Of a stretch of DNA of 64,000 nt, positions 8,878-18,916 are shown piece by piece. Made by a program: the position numbers and the translations under genes. Under the pieces are notes generated by a model. That model saw nothing but the letters and a program-made list of their open reading frames with translations, was not told where the DNA came from and made no database searches. Origin of the DNA: Nitrosopumilus sp. (GTDB taxonomy: Archaea; Thermoproteota; Nitrososphaeria; Nitrososphaerales; Nitrosopumilaceae); NCBI GenBank assembly GCA_965206745.1, contig OZ242220.1, positions 352,001-416,000 on the forward strand. Reading direction: 5' to 3'. The first letter of the stretch is position 1. Each line of letters opens with the position of its first letter.

Positions 8878-11800
8878 GTGAATAAAACACTGTTTCTATT
8901 ATTTATTTTCATTCTCATTCCAGTAGGCATCTCTGAGGCCCAAGTTGGAACACCTGATAGTTCAGATGCAGACCTGAATCTCTCCATTGCACCTGTCAGC
9001 CAAAGTTCCCAGAGTGATGACATAGTGACATTGACTGCCAATGCAACTGGTGATAATCCTCTAACCTTTTCATGGTCCCAGATATACGACGGATCCCCCA
9101 TAGTGAGACTGCAAAATGCAGACAGTGCTGTGGCCTCTTTTAGAATACCTTATGCAGTAATCGAGCAGGCTGCAACCCTGTCATTCTCAGTCAGTACCAC
9201 TGACGGACAGGACAGTGTCACAGAAACTATTGATGTTCCAGTGACACTTACTGTCAAGCCTCCAATAGTCGTACCCCCACGGGAACTGACCCCCGGAGTT
9301 GCAGAGATGATATTCTTTGAGCAGCAGTGGGATGATACTGACAGATGGACACTAGATGACTCATGGAATATTGCAAGTCCCACTGATACGTTACCTGTTG
9401 ATACCAACAACCGCGTCATCAGCATCGGAGGGTGTGAAGGCTCCTGTCCTTTACAGATGAGCAACGAGGTCAAACTATCCACCCATGATGGCGCAGACCT
9501 TCTCCTCTGGGTCTGGTTTGGGGATCAGATTGCAAATACAGACTCGCTAAACATCGAGACTGCAGCTACCCTAGATGGCACCTGGGAGAACAGGCATGCC
9601 ATAAACGTGGACCAGTCTACACACCAGAGATGGTTCCCAGTTACGATAAACCTCGATGATCTTGCAGGCAGTGACTTTTTCCTCAGACTCACACCGTCAC
9701 TTGAGGGGGATGATGGTATCATCCAGATTGATGCAGTACAATTAATTGCAAAGATAAATGATAATGTAAAGCCTGAAATCTCAAACGTACCCAAATACAT
9801 AACACAGGATACCTTTGGCCCGTCAGTTGTCACCTTTGCCAGGCCTACTGCAGTTGACAATGTTGATGGTCCGGTTGCCGTAGAGTGTGATGCTCCAAGC
9901 GGCGTGGTTTATCCGTTTGGCACCACTACTGTAACCTGCAGATCCGAGGATTCTGTGGGTAATACGGCTAGTGTCCCATTTGATATTACATTAAACCTGT
10001 ACATCCCCCTGGAGATTACCGCCCCTGATGACCTGACTTTGGAGGCTACAGGAGAATTAACTCTGGTTGATCTGGGCACTGCCACTCTCAACCGGGATGC
10101 TGCAATCACAAATGACGCACCGGACTTGTTTACACTTGGCAACACCACTATAACATGGACTGCCCAGGACGACAAGGGGACCGCAGAGGATGTGCAGGTT
10201 ATCACCATACAGGACACGACAGATCCCGTAATTACACCACCTGGTGACGTCACACTTGAGGCTACAGGCATATTATCCATGATTAATCTGGGTACTGCAA
10301 CTGCAACAGATACTGTGGATGCAATGCCGACTATCACCAGTGATGCCCCTACATCCTTTCCAATCGGTGTCACTATAGTAACCTACACTGCAACTGATGA
10401 CTCTGGCAACTCTGTAACTGCCATACAGAATATCACCATACGGGATACGGGACCAATGCTGATTTTACCATTTGATGTTACAGCTGAGGCCACAGGTGTA
10501 CTGACTAGTGTAGACATTGGAACTGCCACAGTTAACGACAATATTGATTCCATAACTGCGACAAATGACGCACCTGACTCGTACCCGTTAGGTGAGAACA
10601 AGGTCACCTGGACTGCCGAGGACAGTTCTGGAAATACTGTAACTGCAGTACAAAAAGTCACCATACAGGATACGACAAACCCATACTTTGATACCCCAGA
10701 GTCCTATAACGTCTTTGCAGAGGCCACGGGTACATTTACCCCAGTTGAGCTTGACGTCATACCTGCACATGATATTGTAGACCCTGACGTTACAGTTACA
10801 AATGACGCACCTGACTCTTTCCCCATTGGCTTTACCTTTGTAATTTGGACTGCAACTGACAGTTCCGGAAATACGGCCCAGTACAAGCAAGTTGTAGCCG
10901 TTAATGATAGCACAAAACCAACCATTACGGTTCCCGATGATATTACCATCGAGGCCAGTAACCTGCTTACCATGATTAATCTGGGTACTGCAACTGCAAC
11001 AGATATTGTGGATGCAATGCCTACCATTACCAGCGATGCCCCGACCTCCTTCCCAGTCGGTGTCACTATAGTAACCTATACTGCAACTGACTACATTGGC
11101 AATTATGCAACTGGTATCCAGAAGGTGACAGTACGGGATACGACAGAACCCATGCTGATTCTACCGTCTGACATTACAGCAGAGGCCACAGGTGCGCTGA
11201 CTAGCGTAGACATTGGAACTGCCGCAGTTAACGACAATGTTGATTCCATAACTGCGACAAATAATTCACCTGACTCCTTCCCGCTAGGTGAGACCCAAGT
11301 TACGTGGACTGCCAAGGATAATGCAAACAATGTGGCAACTGCCATACAGACAGTCACCATTCGGGATACGACAAATCCAACCATTACAGTTCCAAACAGC
11401 ATAATTACAGAGGCCACAGACATACTGACTGCCGTGGATATAGGCAGTGCGACTGCCAGTGACATTGCAGATTCAAATGTCACCATTACAAATGACGCCC
11501 CCGACTCCTTCCCTGCTGACTCTACCATTATCACATGGACTGCAACTGATGATTCAGGCAATACTGCCAGTGATACCCAGACTGTGAGGATTCGGGATAC
11601 CACAAAGCCCGTCTTTACCAGTTTTCCTGATGATATTACTGTAATATCTGCAAACAATATTGCCGTAGAGTTTGAGATTCCTACTGCAAGTGACATCTTT
11701 CCGGTAACCGTACAGTGTGATGAGGATTCAGGCGCCTTGTTCCCTGTGGGCATCACACCAATCACATGCTTTGCCATTGATGCAAACAACAGACTTGTAC

Positions 11801-14181
11801 GGGATTCCTTCTCCATTACAGTTGTAGCATCTGTATCCCCTGATGCACCTGCCGCTCTGTCAGCTTCAAATATCCGAGCACATGACTTTGTTCTCAACTG
11901 GTCTGCACCGGACCTAAATGGCGGAACCCTGCTCCGCTATGATATTCTGCGCGATCCGCCCGCACCTGCCTTTGCCTCAACAAACAATACCACATATACC
12001 GTAACAGGTCTTGATCCGGATACATCCTCTACATATGCAGTAAGGGCCGTAACTGACGGGGGTCAAAGTCCAATTAGTAATGTTGTAAGTGTGAGGACAC
12101 TGTCTGCATTGCCGCCAGGACCAATAGATGACCTGTCTGCAGTCAACATAACCTCAGACTCCCTGATATTGGAATGGACAGAACCGGATCTAAACGGCGG
12201 CGCACTCCGAGAATACCGACTGTCCAGTACATCTCCACACGGAAACTCTACAACACAACTTGCCCTAACTACTGAACCATTCTATTTCGTTATCGATCTG
12301 CAACCAGATACACAATATTCATTTAGTGTAGAGGCATCAAATGAGGCAGGTTTTGGACAACCTTCTAACATAGTCGATATAATAACTCTGGAACTTCCAT
12401 TACCAGATCCAGTAGATGATCTAAGGGCTAGTGATATAACACACAATTCAGTAAGATTAAAATGGTCAGAGCCTAATCTTAATGGTGTAAGAATACCTCA
12501 TTATGCTATAAGTGTATACACTGGTGATGTACCAAAACCAAGAGCTTATACGTCATCTCCATTCGCATTAATTGGAAATTTAGAACCTGATACAGAATAC
12601 AACGCTCTAATAACTGCACGCCCAGCTAATGGAGAGGTAGATGGAAACATAATTACATTTACAACATTACCCAGGCCAGTAAATGATCTGACTGTCAGTG
12701 AGATAACTACAGAGTCATTAACATTATCTTGGACGCAACCCGTATTCAATAATAGCACGCTTCAAACTTATCATATCCTGTCTGCCTCACCACATGGAAC
12801 TCCGACAACTATTCTTGCCAACACAACAAATACCTCCTATACCGTTTCAGACCTAATGCCACACATTGCTTACTCCTTTTCAGTAAGAACTGTAACAAAT
12901 CAAGGCGCTACAAGCGAATCCGGTAACATCATAAATACAAGAACGTTACTTATACCCCCCGAATCTGGTAAAGATTTGGTGGTTACAAACATCACTTCAA
13001 ATTCCATAAGATTGGAATGGACACAACTGGACCTAAATAATGGCACACTCTTAGAATATAGATTACTATCAACATCACCTCACAGTGACCCTGCAACACA
13101 ACTTGCCCTAACTACTGAACCATTCTATGAGGTGACAGACTTGACCCCCAACACTGATTATTCTTTTAGAGTTCAGGCAATAACAGAAGATGGTTACAGT
13201 GTTGATAGTACAATACTTGACACTGCAACCCTCCCCTTGGATACGACAAATCCTGTATTTACCAGCTTTCCAGATGATATAACCGTGAAATCTAAAAATA
13301 GTGTTTCTATAGAGTTTGCAAGTCCGACTGCAACAGATCTCTACCCAGTAACCATACTGTGTAGTCATAATTCAGGCGATTTATTTTCTATCGGCAGTAC
13401 ACTAGTTACATGCACTGCAACTGATACAAGCGACAACTCTGTACAGGACTCCTTCATAGTAACAGTTAATGCCGTGACTGGATTTGAAACCATAACTGAT
13501 GACTTTGAAAATCTTGATTCCTGGGAGGTTTACGACCCAGTAGGCACTTGGGCTCATAATGGTTCACGGGGCTTCAATAATTACACAGTTGCAGTCACTG
13601 CAACTGACGGCAACCCCGCACCATCTGTCCTGATCACAGGTAATGGGGCGATTACCGGTGCCGGAATTCATAGATACTTTTCCCTTGAGAACCATGATTC
13701 AAATGATCCGCTATACATCAGCATTGATTATAATGTATCCTCAGATTATAGTTTCTTTGCAGACATTGTTAATCTTGTCATACTCAATACTGACGGCAAA
13801 CGCCTGCTTACAGATCGTTTATCTCCAAGTCCCCATTATAGAATTGGTTCTGGATGGGACACACGTAATATTGATATTTCACAGTATGTATCAGGACAAG
13901 ACGATATCGAGGTACGACTGCATCACCAGGATTTCTCCTCTACAGACTTGCATCAGGTAGTGTCCTTTGACAACTTTTATCTTGGTACGAATCCTCTGCC
14001 ATCTCGAAGCATCAGTGGTGAGGCAGACATACAGCTGACACCACTCCAAGAACCCCTGCAAATATCTCAATACCACCAGACACAGATATGTGAACTGATT
14101 GAATTACAGGACGAGTCTTCAGATCTGTATTATTATATGCTGGACCTGATACGCGCATACAACATGACCGCTACCTGCTGA
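8878..14181 (+). CDS. Giant secreted surface protein: signal peptide, PKD-like Ig, jelly-roll/MAM-like domain, about 9 HYR repeats, 5 FN3 domains, HYR, second jelly-roll domain
   Basis: N-terminal hydrophobic signal. Repeats of DTTxPxIxxPxDxTxEAT...FPxGxTxVTWTAxDxSGN (HYR) and LxWxxPxLNGG...L-x-P-x-T-x-Y-x-F-x-V-x-A (FN3). Confidence 0.85.
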   Translation: MNKTLFLLFIFILIPVGISEAQVGTPDSSDADLNLSIAPVSQSSQSDDIVTLTANATGDNPLTFSWSQIYDGSPIVRLQNADSAVASFRIPYAVIEQAATLSFSVSTTDGQDSVTETIDVPVTLTVKPPIVVPPRELTPGVAEMIFFEQQWDDTDRWTLDDSWNIASPTDTLPVDTNNRVISIGGCEGSCPLQMSNEVKLSTHDGADLLLWVWFGDQIANTDSLNIETAATLDGTWENRHAINVDQSTHQRWFPVTINLDDLAGSDFFLRLTPSLEGDDGIIQIDAVQLIAKINDNVKPEISNVPKYITQDTFGPSVVTFARPTAVDNVDGPVAVECDAPSGVVYPFGTTTVTCRSEDSVGNTASVPFDITLNLYIPLEITAPDDLTLEATGELTLVDLGTATLNRDAAITNDAPDLFTLGNTTITWTAQDDKGTAEDVQVITIQDTTDPVITPPGDVTLEATGILSMINLGTATATDTVDAMPTITSDAPTSFPIGVTIVTYTATDDSGNSVTAIQNITIRDTGPMLILPFDVTAEATGVLTSVDIGTATVNDNIDSITATNDAPDSYPLGENKVTWTAEDSSGNTVTAVQKVTIQDTTNPYFDTPESYNVFAEATGTFTPVELDVIPAHDIVDPDVTVTNDAPDSFPIGFTFVIWTATDSSGNTAQYKQVVAVNDSTKPTITVPDDITIEASNLLTMINLGTATATDIVDAMPTITSDAPTSFPVGVTIVTYTATDYIGNYATGIQKVTVRDTTEPMLILPSDITAEATGALTSVDIGTAAVNDNVDSITATNNSPDSFPLGETQVTWTAKDNANNVATAIQTVTIRDTTNPTITVPNSIITEATDILTAVDIGSATASDIADSNVTITNDAPDSFPADSTIITWTATDDSGNTASDTQTVRIRDTTKPVFTSFPDDITVISANNIAVEFEIPTASDIFPVTVQCDEDSGALFPVGITPITCFAIDANNRLVRDSFSITVVASVSPDAPAALSASNIRAHDFVLNWSAPDLNGGTLLRYDILRDPPAPAFASTNNTTYTVTGLDPDTSSTYAVRAVTDGGQSPISNVVSVRTLSALPPGPIDDLSAVNITSDSLILEWTEPDLNGGALREYRLSSTSPHGNSTTQLALTTEPFYFVIDLQPDTQYSFSVEASNEAGFGQPSNIVDIITLELPLPDPVDDLRASDITHNSVRLKWSEPNLNGVRIPHYAISVYTGDVPKPRAYTSSPFALIGNLEPDTEYNALITARPANGEVDGNIITFTTLPRPVNDLTVSEITTESLTLSWTQPVFNNSTLQTYHILSASPHGTPTTILANTTNTSYTVSDLMPHIAYSFSVRTVTNQGATSESGNIINTRTLLIPPESGKDLVVTNITSNSIRLEWTQLDLNNGTLLEYRLLSTSPHSDPATQLALTTEPFYEVTDLTPNTDYSFRVQAITEDGYSVDSTILDTATLPLDTTNPVFTSFPDDITVKSKNSVSIEFASPTATDLYPVTILCSHNSGDLFSIGSTLVTCTATDTSDNSVQDSFIVTVNAVTGFETITDDFENLDSWEVYDPVGTWAHNGSRGFNNYTVAVTATDGNPAPSVLITGNGAITGAGIHRYFSLENHDSNDPLYISIDYNVSSDYSFFADIVNLVILNTDGKRLLTDRLSPSPHYRIGSGWDTRNIDISQYVSGQDDIEVRLHHQDFSSTDLHQVVSFDNFYLGTNPLPSRSISGEADIQLTPLQEPLQISQYHQTQICELIELQDESSDLYYYMLDLIRAYNMTATC
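10278..11310 (+). repeat. Internal block duplication in the HYR gene, period 693 bp (3 HYR units)
   Basis: catgattaatctgggtactgcaactgcaacagata at 10278 and 10971; cgggatacg at 10441 and 11134. Confidence 0.85.
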
Positions 14182-14731
14182 TAGATACGCCATCAAGTCA
14201 GGATTCGGGTTTGTATCTTGATTACTGACAGATATTTCCTATTTGTAGCAAACCAGTACCAGAAGATTAACTGTTGTGATTGCTAGTTATTGCCTGGATC
14301 ATCTTTATAGATTTACATTGACAGAGATGAATCAAAGAAGATAGGATTGTTCATGTCTGTGTACACAGGCATATCTCAGAGTTCAGTCTGGACTGCAGGC
14401 AAATCATCTGAATGAAACATGCTACAAGGCAGTTGTGAATAACTGGAGTCACACAAGCCCATGGCACCATCTATCTTAAATCCGTCAGTTCATGGGATTC
14501 AACTATGGTTGAATGTATGGCGTATGTGTGGCGTATGTGTGGCATGTGATATTTTTGTCCAAATCTTGGTATGGGGGTCACCCTTGTCTTTTGGTTAGAT
14601 ACGAATCAGCATGGCTGGAAATATTTTTGAACCTGTTTTTTTTGAATAGAGATCCCATACCATTCTTCTTCAAACTCTAAATTAATCAAAAGGCAACTCA
14701 GACAGATAAATACCAGTGAATAGCTCATTGG

Positions 14732-14991
14732 CTACTCACATTCAACAGAAAATTTGTTGATACCTACTATGATGCCTATATCCGATGTACTAAGCGTTGA
14801 TACAAGTTTGCCTTTTTGCACTTGATAATGAATGCTATCATTTGAGTGCAAGTAATGTTTAGTTGCAACCATGATCTCATCTTTCATCTCTTCTGTGTCT
14901 TGACCTCCAATTATAATTCCTGGAATTTCCATAACTTCAAAGATGTTGTCTTTTCCATCTTTTTTATGAAGAGAACTTGTGCTGCCGGCAT
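14732..14991 (-). pseudogene. HicB-like antitoxin with an apparent frameshift in an A6 tract
   Basis: EIPGIIIGGQDTEEMKDEIMVATKHYL resembles the HicB core ELPGxxxxGxTxEEAxxxxxEAIxxYL. ATG 14991 (MPAAQVLFIK) joins this frame if one A is added at 14960-14965. Confidence 0.5.
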
Positions 14992-15303
14992 CGTTTTGTT
15001 ATATAATATAGTGAGAATTTTCTGCCATTCAAAATATTGTCAATTTTGTCTCTAAAGGATGTAATTTTTACAACTTTTGATCTATTAAAATTCCAAAAAT
15101 TACACGCTTAATCTAGCCAAGAGCTCATTTCCACTTCACACTGTATAAGCCCTCATTTCCACTAATTTGTGGCTATCCCTGGGAGGTACAATACTGCCCA
15201 GAATACGGCCAACTGACTTGGTGTAATCTGCAGGCTTGAACCTAAAATATGCCCCTGTCAATTACTACATATTTATCCCACACAAAGCAAGTTTGACTGA
15301 AAA

Positions 15304-17016
15304 ATGACAGATACCATAGAATTTGACCTGATCATCTGCGGTTCTGGACTGGCCGGACTGCGGGCGGCAATTGCCGCTGCAAAGAGGGGACCTCATCTCA
15401 AGATTGGAGTCGTCTCAAAGGTTCAGGTGATGCGCTCGCACTCTGTATCTGCCGAAGGGGGCACTGCCGCAGTTCTTTTTGAGGATGAGGGTGATACCAT
15501 AGAGTCGCACGTATATGATACCGTAAAGGGCAGCGACTTTCTTGCAGACCAGGATGTCGCTGAGAGACTCTGCGTCGAGATGCCGCAGGAGATACACCAG
15601 CTGGACCACTGGGGAATGCCCTGGTCAAGGAGGAAGGACGGCAGAATCGACCAGCGAAACTTTGGGGGGTACAGTTTTCCAAGAGCAACATATGCGTCAG
15701 ACAAGGTAGGCTTTTTTGAGATGCAGACCCTGTATGATACCTGTCAAAAGTTTGATAATATAGAATACCTTAACGAGTGGTTTGTAACATCAATTATTCA
15801 TGACGGAAAACAGTTCATGGGAGTGACTGCCATAGAACTGGGTTCCGGAACGTTTTACATCATCAAGGGAAAGGCACTGATCATTGCAACCGGTGGTGCC
15901 GGAAGGCTGTACAGCTTTTCAACCTATGCATTATCCTCTACCCCTGACGGCCTGGACATGGGACTGCGTGCCGGCATGGCACTCAAGGACATGGAGTTTG
16001 TCCAGTTCCATCCGACTGGAATCCTGCCGTCCGGAATACTGATTACCGAAGGTGCACGCGGCGAGGGCGGCTATCTTCTTAATAACAAGGGTGAGCGGTT
16101 CATGAAGTCGTATGCTGCAGGCAAGATGGAGCTGGCCCCGCGTGACATCGTATCAAGATCAATAATGACAGAGATTCAGGGTGGCCGCGGATTCAAGCAC
16201 GAGACCGGCGTTGACTGCATGAAGCTTGACCTGAGGCATCTCGGTGATGAAAAGATCCGGGAGAAGCTTGGCGGCATCAGGGAGATATCAATAAAGTTTT
16301 CAGGACAGGATCCGGCGCAAGATCTGCTTGACATCAGGCCTGTCTGCCATTACATGATGGGCGGACTGCACACTGATATTGACGGTGCAACTGAGATACA
16401 GGGCGTCTGGGCCGCAGGTGAGGCTGCATGCAACAGCGTCCACGGCTCCAACCGTCTTGGTGCAAATTCCACATCCGAATGTATCGTATGGGGCAAGATT
16501 ACCGGTGAGCTTGCAGTCGACTATATCCAGAGCAACCGGCAGACCAACCCCTGGCCCCACCATCTGGTGGTAGCAGAAGAGAAGAGAATCTATGACGAAA
16601 TTTTCCGGGGGGGCGGCAGCGTCAACCCGTATGAGATTAGACAGCAATTAACTGATACCATGAATGAAAAGGCATACGTGTACAAGAACCAGACTGACCT
16701 AGTTGAGGGCCTCAAGACAATTCGGGAACTAAAGACGCAGGCATGGAGGCATGTCGATGACAAGGCAAAGGAGTACAATACCAACTTTGCAAACGTCATG
16801 GAGCTTGACTCGATGTTCAGGGTTGCAGAGATCATCCTGCTTGGCGCAATAAACAGAAGAGAGTCCCGCGGCGCACATGCCCGAACCGACTATCCAAAGC
16901 GCGATGACGCTAACTTTTTACATCATACCCTTGCCTACTATGATCCAGAGGAGCCAATCATGAAGACACATCCGGTAACCATCACAAAGTATCAGCCAGT
17001 GGAGAGGGTATACTAG
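15304..17016 (+). CDS. sdhA: Succinate dehydrogenase flavoprotein subunit
   Basis: GSGLAG, RSHSVSAEGG (covalent FAD His), QFHPTG, HGSNRLGANS, RESRGAH. Confidence 0.97.
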   Translation: MTDTIEFDLIICGSGLAGLRAAIAAAKRGPHLKIGVVSKVQVMRSHSVSAEGGTAAVLFEDEGDTIESHVYDTVKGSDFLADQDVAERLCVEMPQEIHQLDHWGMPWSRRKDGRIDQRNFGGYSFPRATYASDKVGFFEMQTLYDTCQKFDNIEYLNEWFVTSIIHDGKQFMGVTAIELGSGTFYIIKGKALIIATGGAGRLYSFSTYALSSTPDGLDMGLRAGMALKDMEFVQFHPTGILPSGILITEGARGEGGYLLNNKGERFMKSYAAGKMELAPRDIVSRSIMTEIQGGRGFKHETGVDCMKLDLRHLGDEKIREKLGGIREISIKFSGQDPAQDLLDIRPVCHYMMGGLHTDIDGATEIQGVWAAGEAACNSVHGSNRLGANSTSECIVWGKITGELAVDYIQSNRQTNPWPHHLVVAEEKRIYDEIFRGGGSVNPYEIRQQLTDTMNEKAYVYKNQTDLVEGLKTIRELKTQAWRHVDDKAKEYNTNFANVMELDSMFRVAEIILLGAINRRESRGAHARTDYPKRDDANFLHHTLAYYDPEEPIMKTHPVTITKYQPVERVY

Positions 17017-17448
17017 ATGCCAAAGGACGAGCACAAGGAGGGCATCGGCGGCATGATCAATCCGCGCAGATACGGCATTGAGCGCGTTGCATACATCATG
17101 ATGCGGCTAAGCGGACTTGGACTGCTGGCATACTTTATCGGCCACATCTATGAGACAAGCAACATACTGCGGGGAAAGGTCGGCTGGGATGACTTTCTGG
17201 AGATGATATCAGGTACTGAGGGCCACATCGTCCTATCCATTGTAATTGCAATGTGCGTGTTTCATACCGTAAACGGGGTCCGTGTGATGCTCGGCCACGG
17301 CGGGGTCGGAGTAGGAAAACCTGCAAGACCGGACTATCCATATGATCCGGCATCGCAGAACTATAAACACAAGATTGGAATTTATTCGGCAATTGTACTT
17401 GCGGCAGTTGCAATGATGTATGGCTTGGCAGTGATGTTTGGTGAGTAA
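17017..17448 (+). CDS. sdhC: Succinate dehydrogenase cytochrome b subunit
   Basis: Three TM helices, RLSG...H, FHTVNGVR; operon position. Confidence 0.9.
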   Translation: MPKDEHKEGIGGMINPRRYGIERVAYIMMRLSGLGLLAYFIGHIYETSNILRGKVGWDDFLEMISGTEGHIVLSIVIAMCVFHTVNGVRVMLGHGGVGVGKPARPDYPYDPASQNYKHKIGIYSAIVLAAVAMMYGLAVMFGE

Positions 17449-17449
17449 G

Positions 17450-17797
17450 ATGATTAGGGAAAGCACAATCATGAAGATCCACTACGGGACTGCCCTGGCA
17501 TCAGTCGCACTAGTAGCAGTACACATACTCATGCGCCTTACAACTGGATATGCCGAATCCCTGGAGTATGAGAGCGTCCTTGCAAACTATAGGTTTGTCC
17601 CGTACGCCATAATGCTTGAGATTATCCTGATTTTATTGTCAGTCCACGGCTTCAACGGCCTCCGCGTCATTCTCCTTGAGCTAAAGCAGGGACGAATATA
17701 TGAAAAGGCAGTATCATACGGCTGCCTTGCCGCAATGATCGGATTAATAGCCTACGGCTCTAGAACAATTATCATGACCAACATGGGGATGGCATAG
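17450..17797 (+). CDS. sdhD: Succinate dehydrogenase membrane anchor subunit
   Basis: Three TM helices, VHGFNGLRVIL; operon position. Confidence 0.88.
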   Translation: MIRESTIMKIHYGTALASVALVAVHILMRLTTGYAESLEYESVLANYRFVPYAIMLEIILILLSVHGFNGLRVILLELKQGRIYEKAVSYGCLAAMIGLIAYGSRTIIMTNMGMA

Positions 17798-17800
17798 GAG

Positions 17801-18550
17801 ATGGCCCAGGTTTCCACTACTGAGCAGTCCCCTACTGCAAGATCCGTCACCCTTAGAATCTCAAGGTATAATCCAGAGCATGAAGAGTCAGACGGATTCA
17901 TGGAGTTTAACGTAATGTATGAGAAATGGACCACTGTCCTTGAGGCGATACTTGACGTCAAGCAGCACCTTGATCATTCCATTGCCGTGCGCTACTCGTG
18001 CAGGCAGGCCACCTGCGGCTCGTGTGGGATGGTAATTAATGGCAAGCCGCGGCTTGCATGCTTTACGAAGATCAGCGAGCTTGACTCTGATACTGTAACA
18101 GTCGAGCCGATGAAGAACTTTCCTGTTATTCGTGACCTTGCCGTAAGGTTTGAGAAGCTCTTTGACAGCCACAAAAAGGTCCAGCCGTATCTGATTCGCG
18201 AGGATACGGAACTTGCATCCGACCAGAAAGAGTTTCTGCAGACACCTGAAGAGGTGGAACAGTACATCCAGTTTGCAAACTGTATAAAGTGCGGCCTGTG
18301 CAACTCTGCATGTCCCACGATGGCAACTGACTCGTCGTTTGTCGGTCCGCAGGCACTGGCCCAGGCGTACCGGTATGTGGCAGACAGCAGGGACAAGGGC
18401 AAGGATTCCAGACTGAAAATAATTGATGATTCCCATGGAATATGGAGGTGTCATTTTGCCGGCTCTTGCAGCCAGGTATGTCCAAAGGGCGTTGATCCCG
18501 CAATGGGAATACAGCTACTCCGCGGATACATGCTGGGTTTTCGAGACTAG
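17801..18550 (+). CDS. sdhB: Succinate dehydrogenase iron-sulfur subunit
   Basis: SCRQATCGSC, CIKCGLCNSACP, CHFAGSCSQVCP. Confidence 0.97.
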   Translation: MAQVSTTEQSPTARSVTLRISRYNPEHEESDGFMEFNVMYEKWTTVLEAILDVKQHLDHSIAVRYSCRQATCGSCGMVINGKPRLACFTKISELDSDTVTVEPMKNFPVIRDLAVRFEKLFDSHKKVQPYLIREDTELASDQKEFLQTPEEVEQYIQFANCIKCGLCNSACPTMATDSSFVGPQALAQAYRYVADSRDKGKDSRLKIIDDSHGIWRCHFAGSCSQVCPKGVDPAMGIQLLRGYMLGFRD

Positions 18551-18870
18551 CCGAGTTTCTTTGGATTGGGACTGTTGTTTACCTGATTGTTAATCTGCTC
18601 TGCCATAAAGTGGTTTGAGACGTTAACCTTGACATCATCGACCCCGTCGACCTTTAGCAGGTTGTCATGGACATCCTGGCATATCTTAAAACCAAACACT
18701 GCTGGACAGAACGGACTGGTAAGGTGCAGGTCCACCTTTACGCCGCTGTCGCTGATGTCTACCTCGTCGATTAGCTCAAGTTCCACAATTGATGTATTTA
18801 TTTCAGGGTCCACAATCTTTGATAGCTCGTCAAATATCTTGACCCGTAACAGTTTGATATCTTGGCTCAT
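18547..18870 (-). CDS. DUF59/SufT-like Fe-S cluster assembly protein
   Basis: DPEINTSIVELELI and LTSPFCP motifs; likely start MSQDIK. Confidence 0.9.
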   Translation of the reverse strand: MSQDIKLLRVKIFDELSKIVDPEINTSIVELELIDEVDISDSGVKVDLHLTSPFCPAVFGFKICQDVHDNLLKVDGVDDVKVNVSNHFMAEQINNQVNNSPNPKKLG

Positions 18871-18916
18871 GTCGAGAAAACCATCGATCCTATATATAAC
18901 CATTTTAGAACACTAG

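Noticed and set aside
14518-14546. 11-bp tandem repeat GGCGTATGTGT (about 2.5 copies)
   Set aside because: Too few copies and no associated feature; likely local slippage
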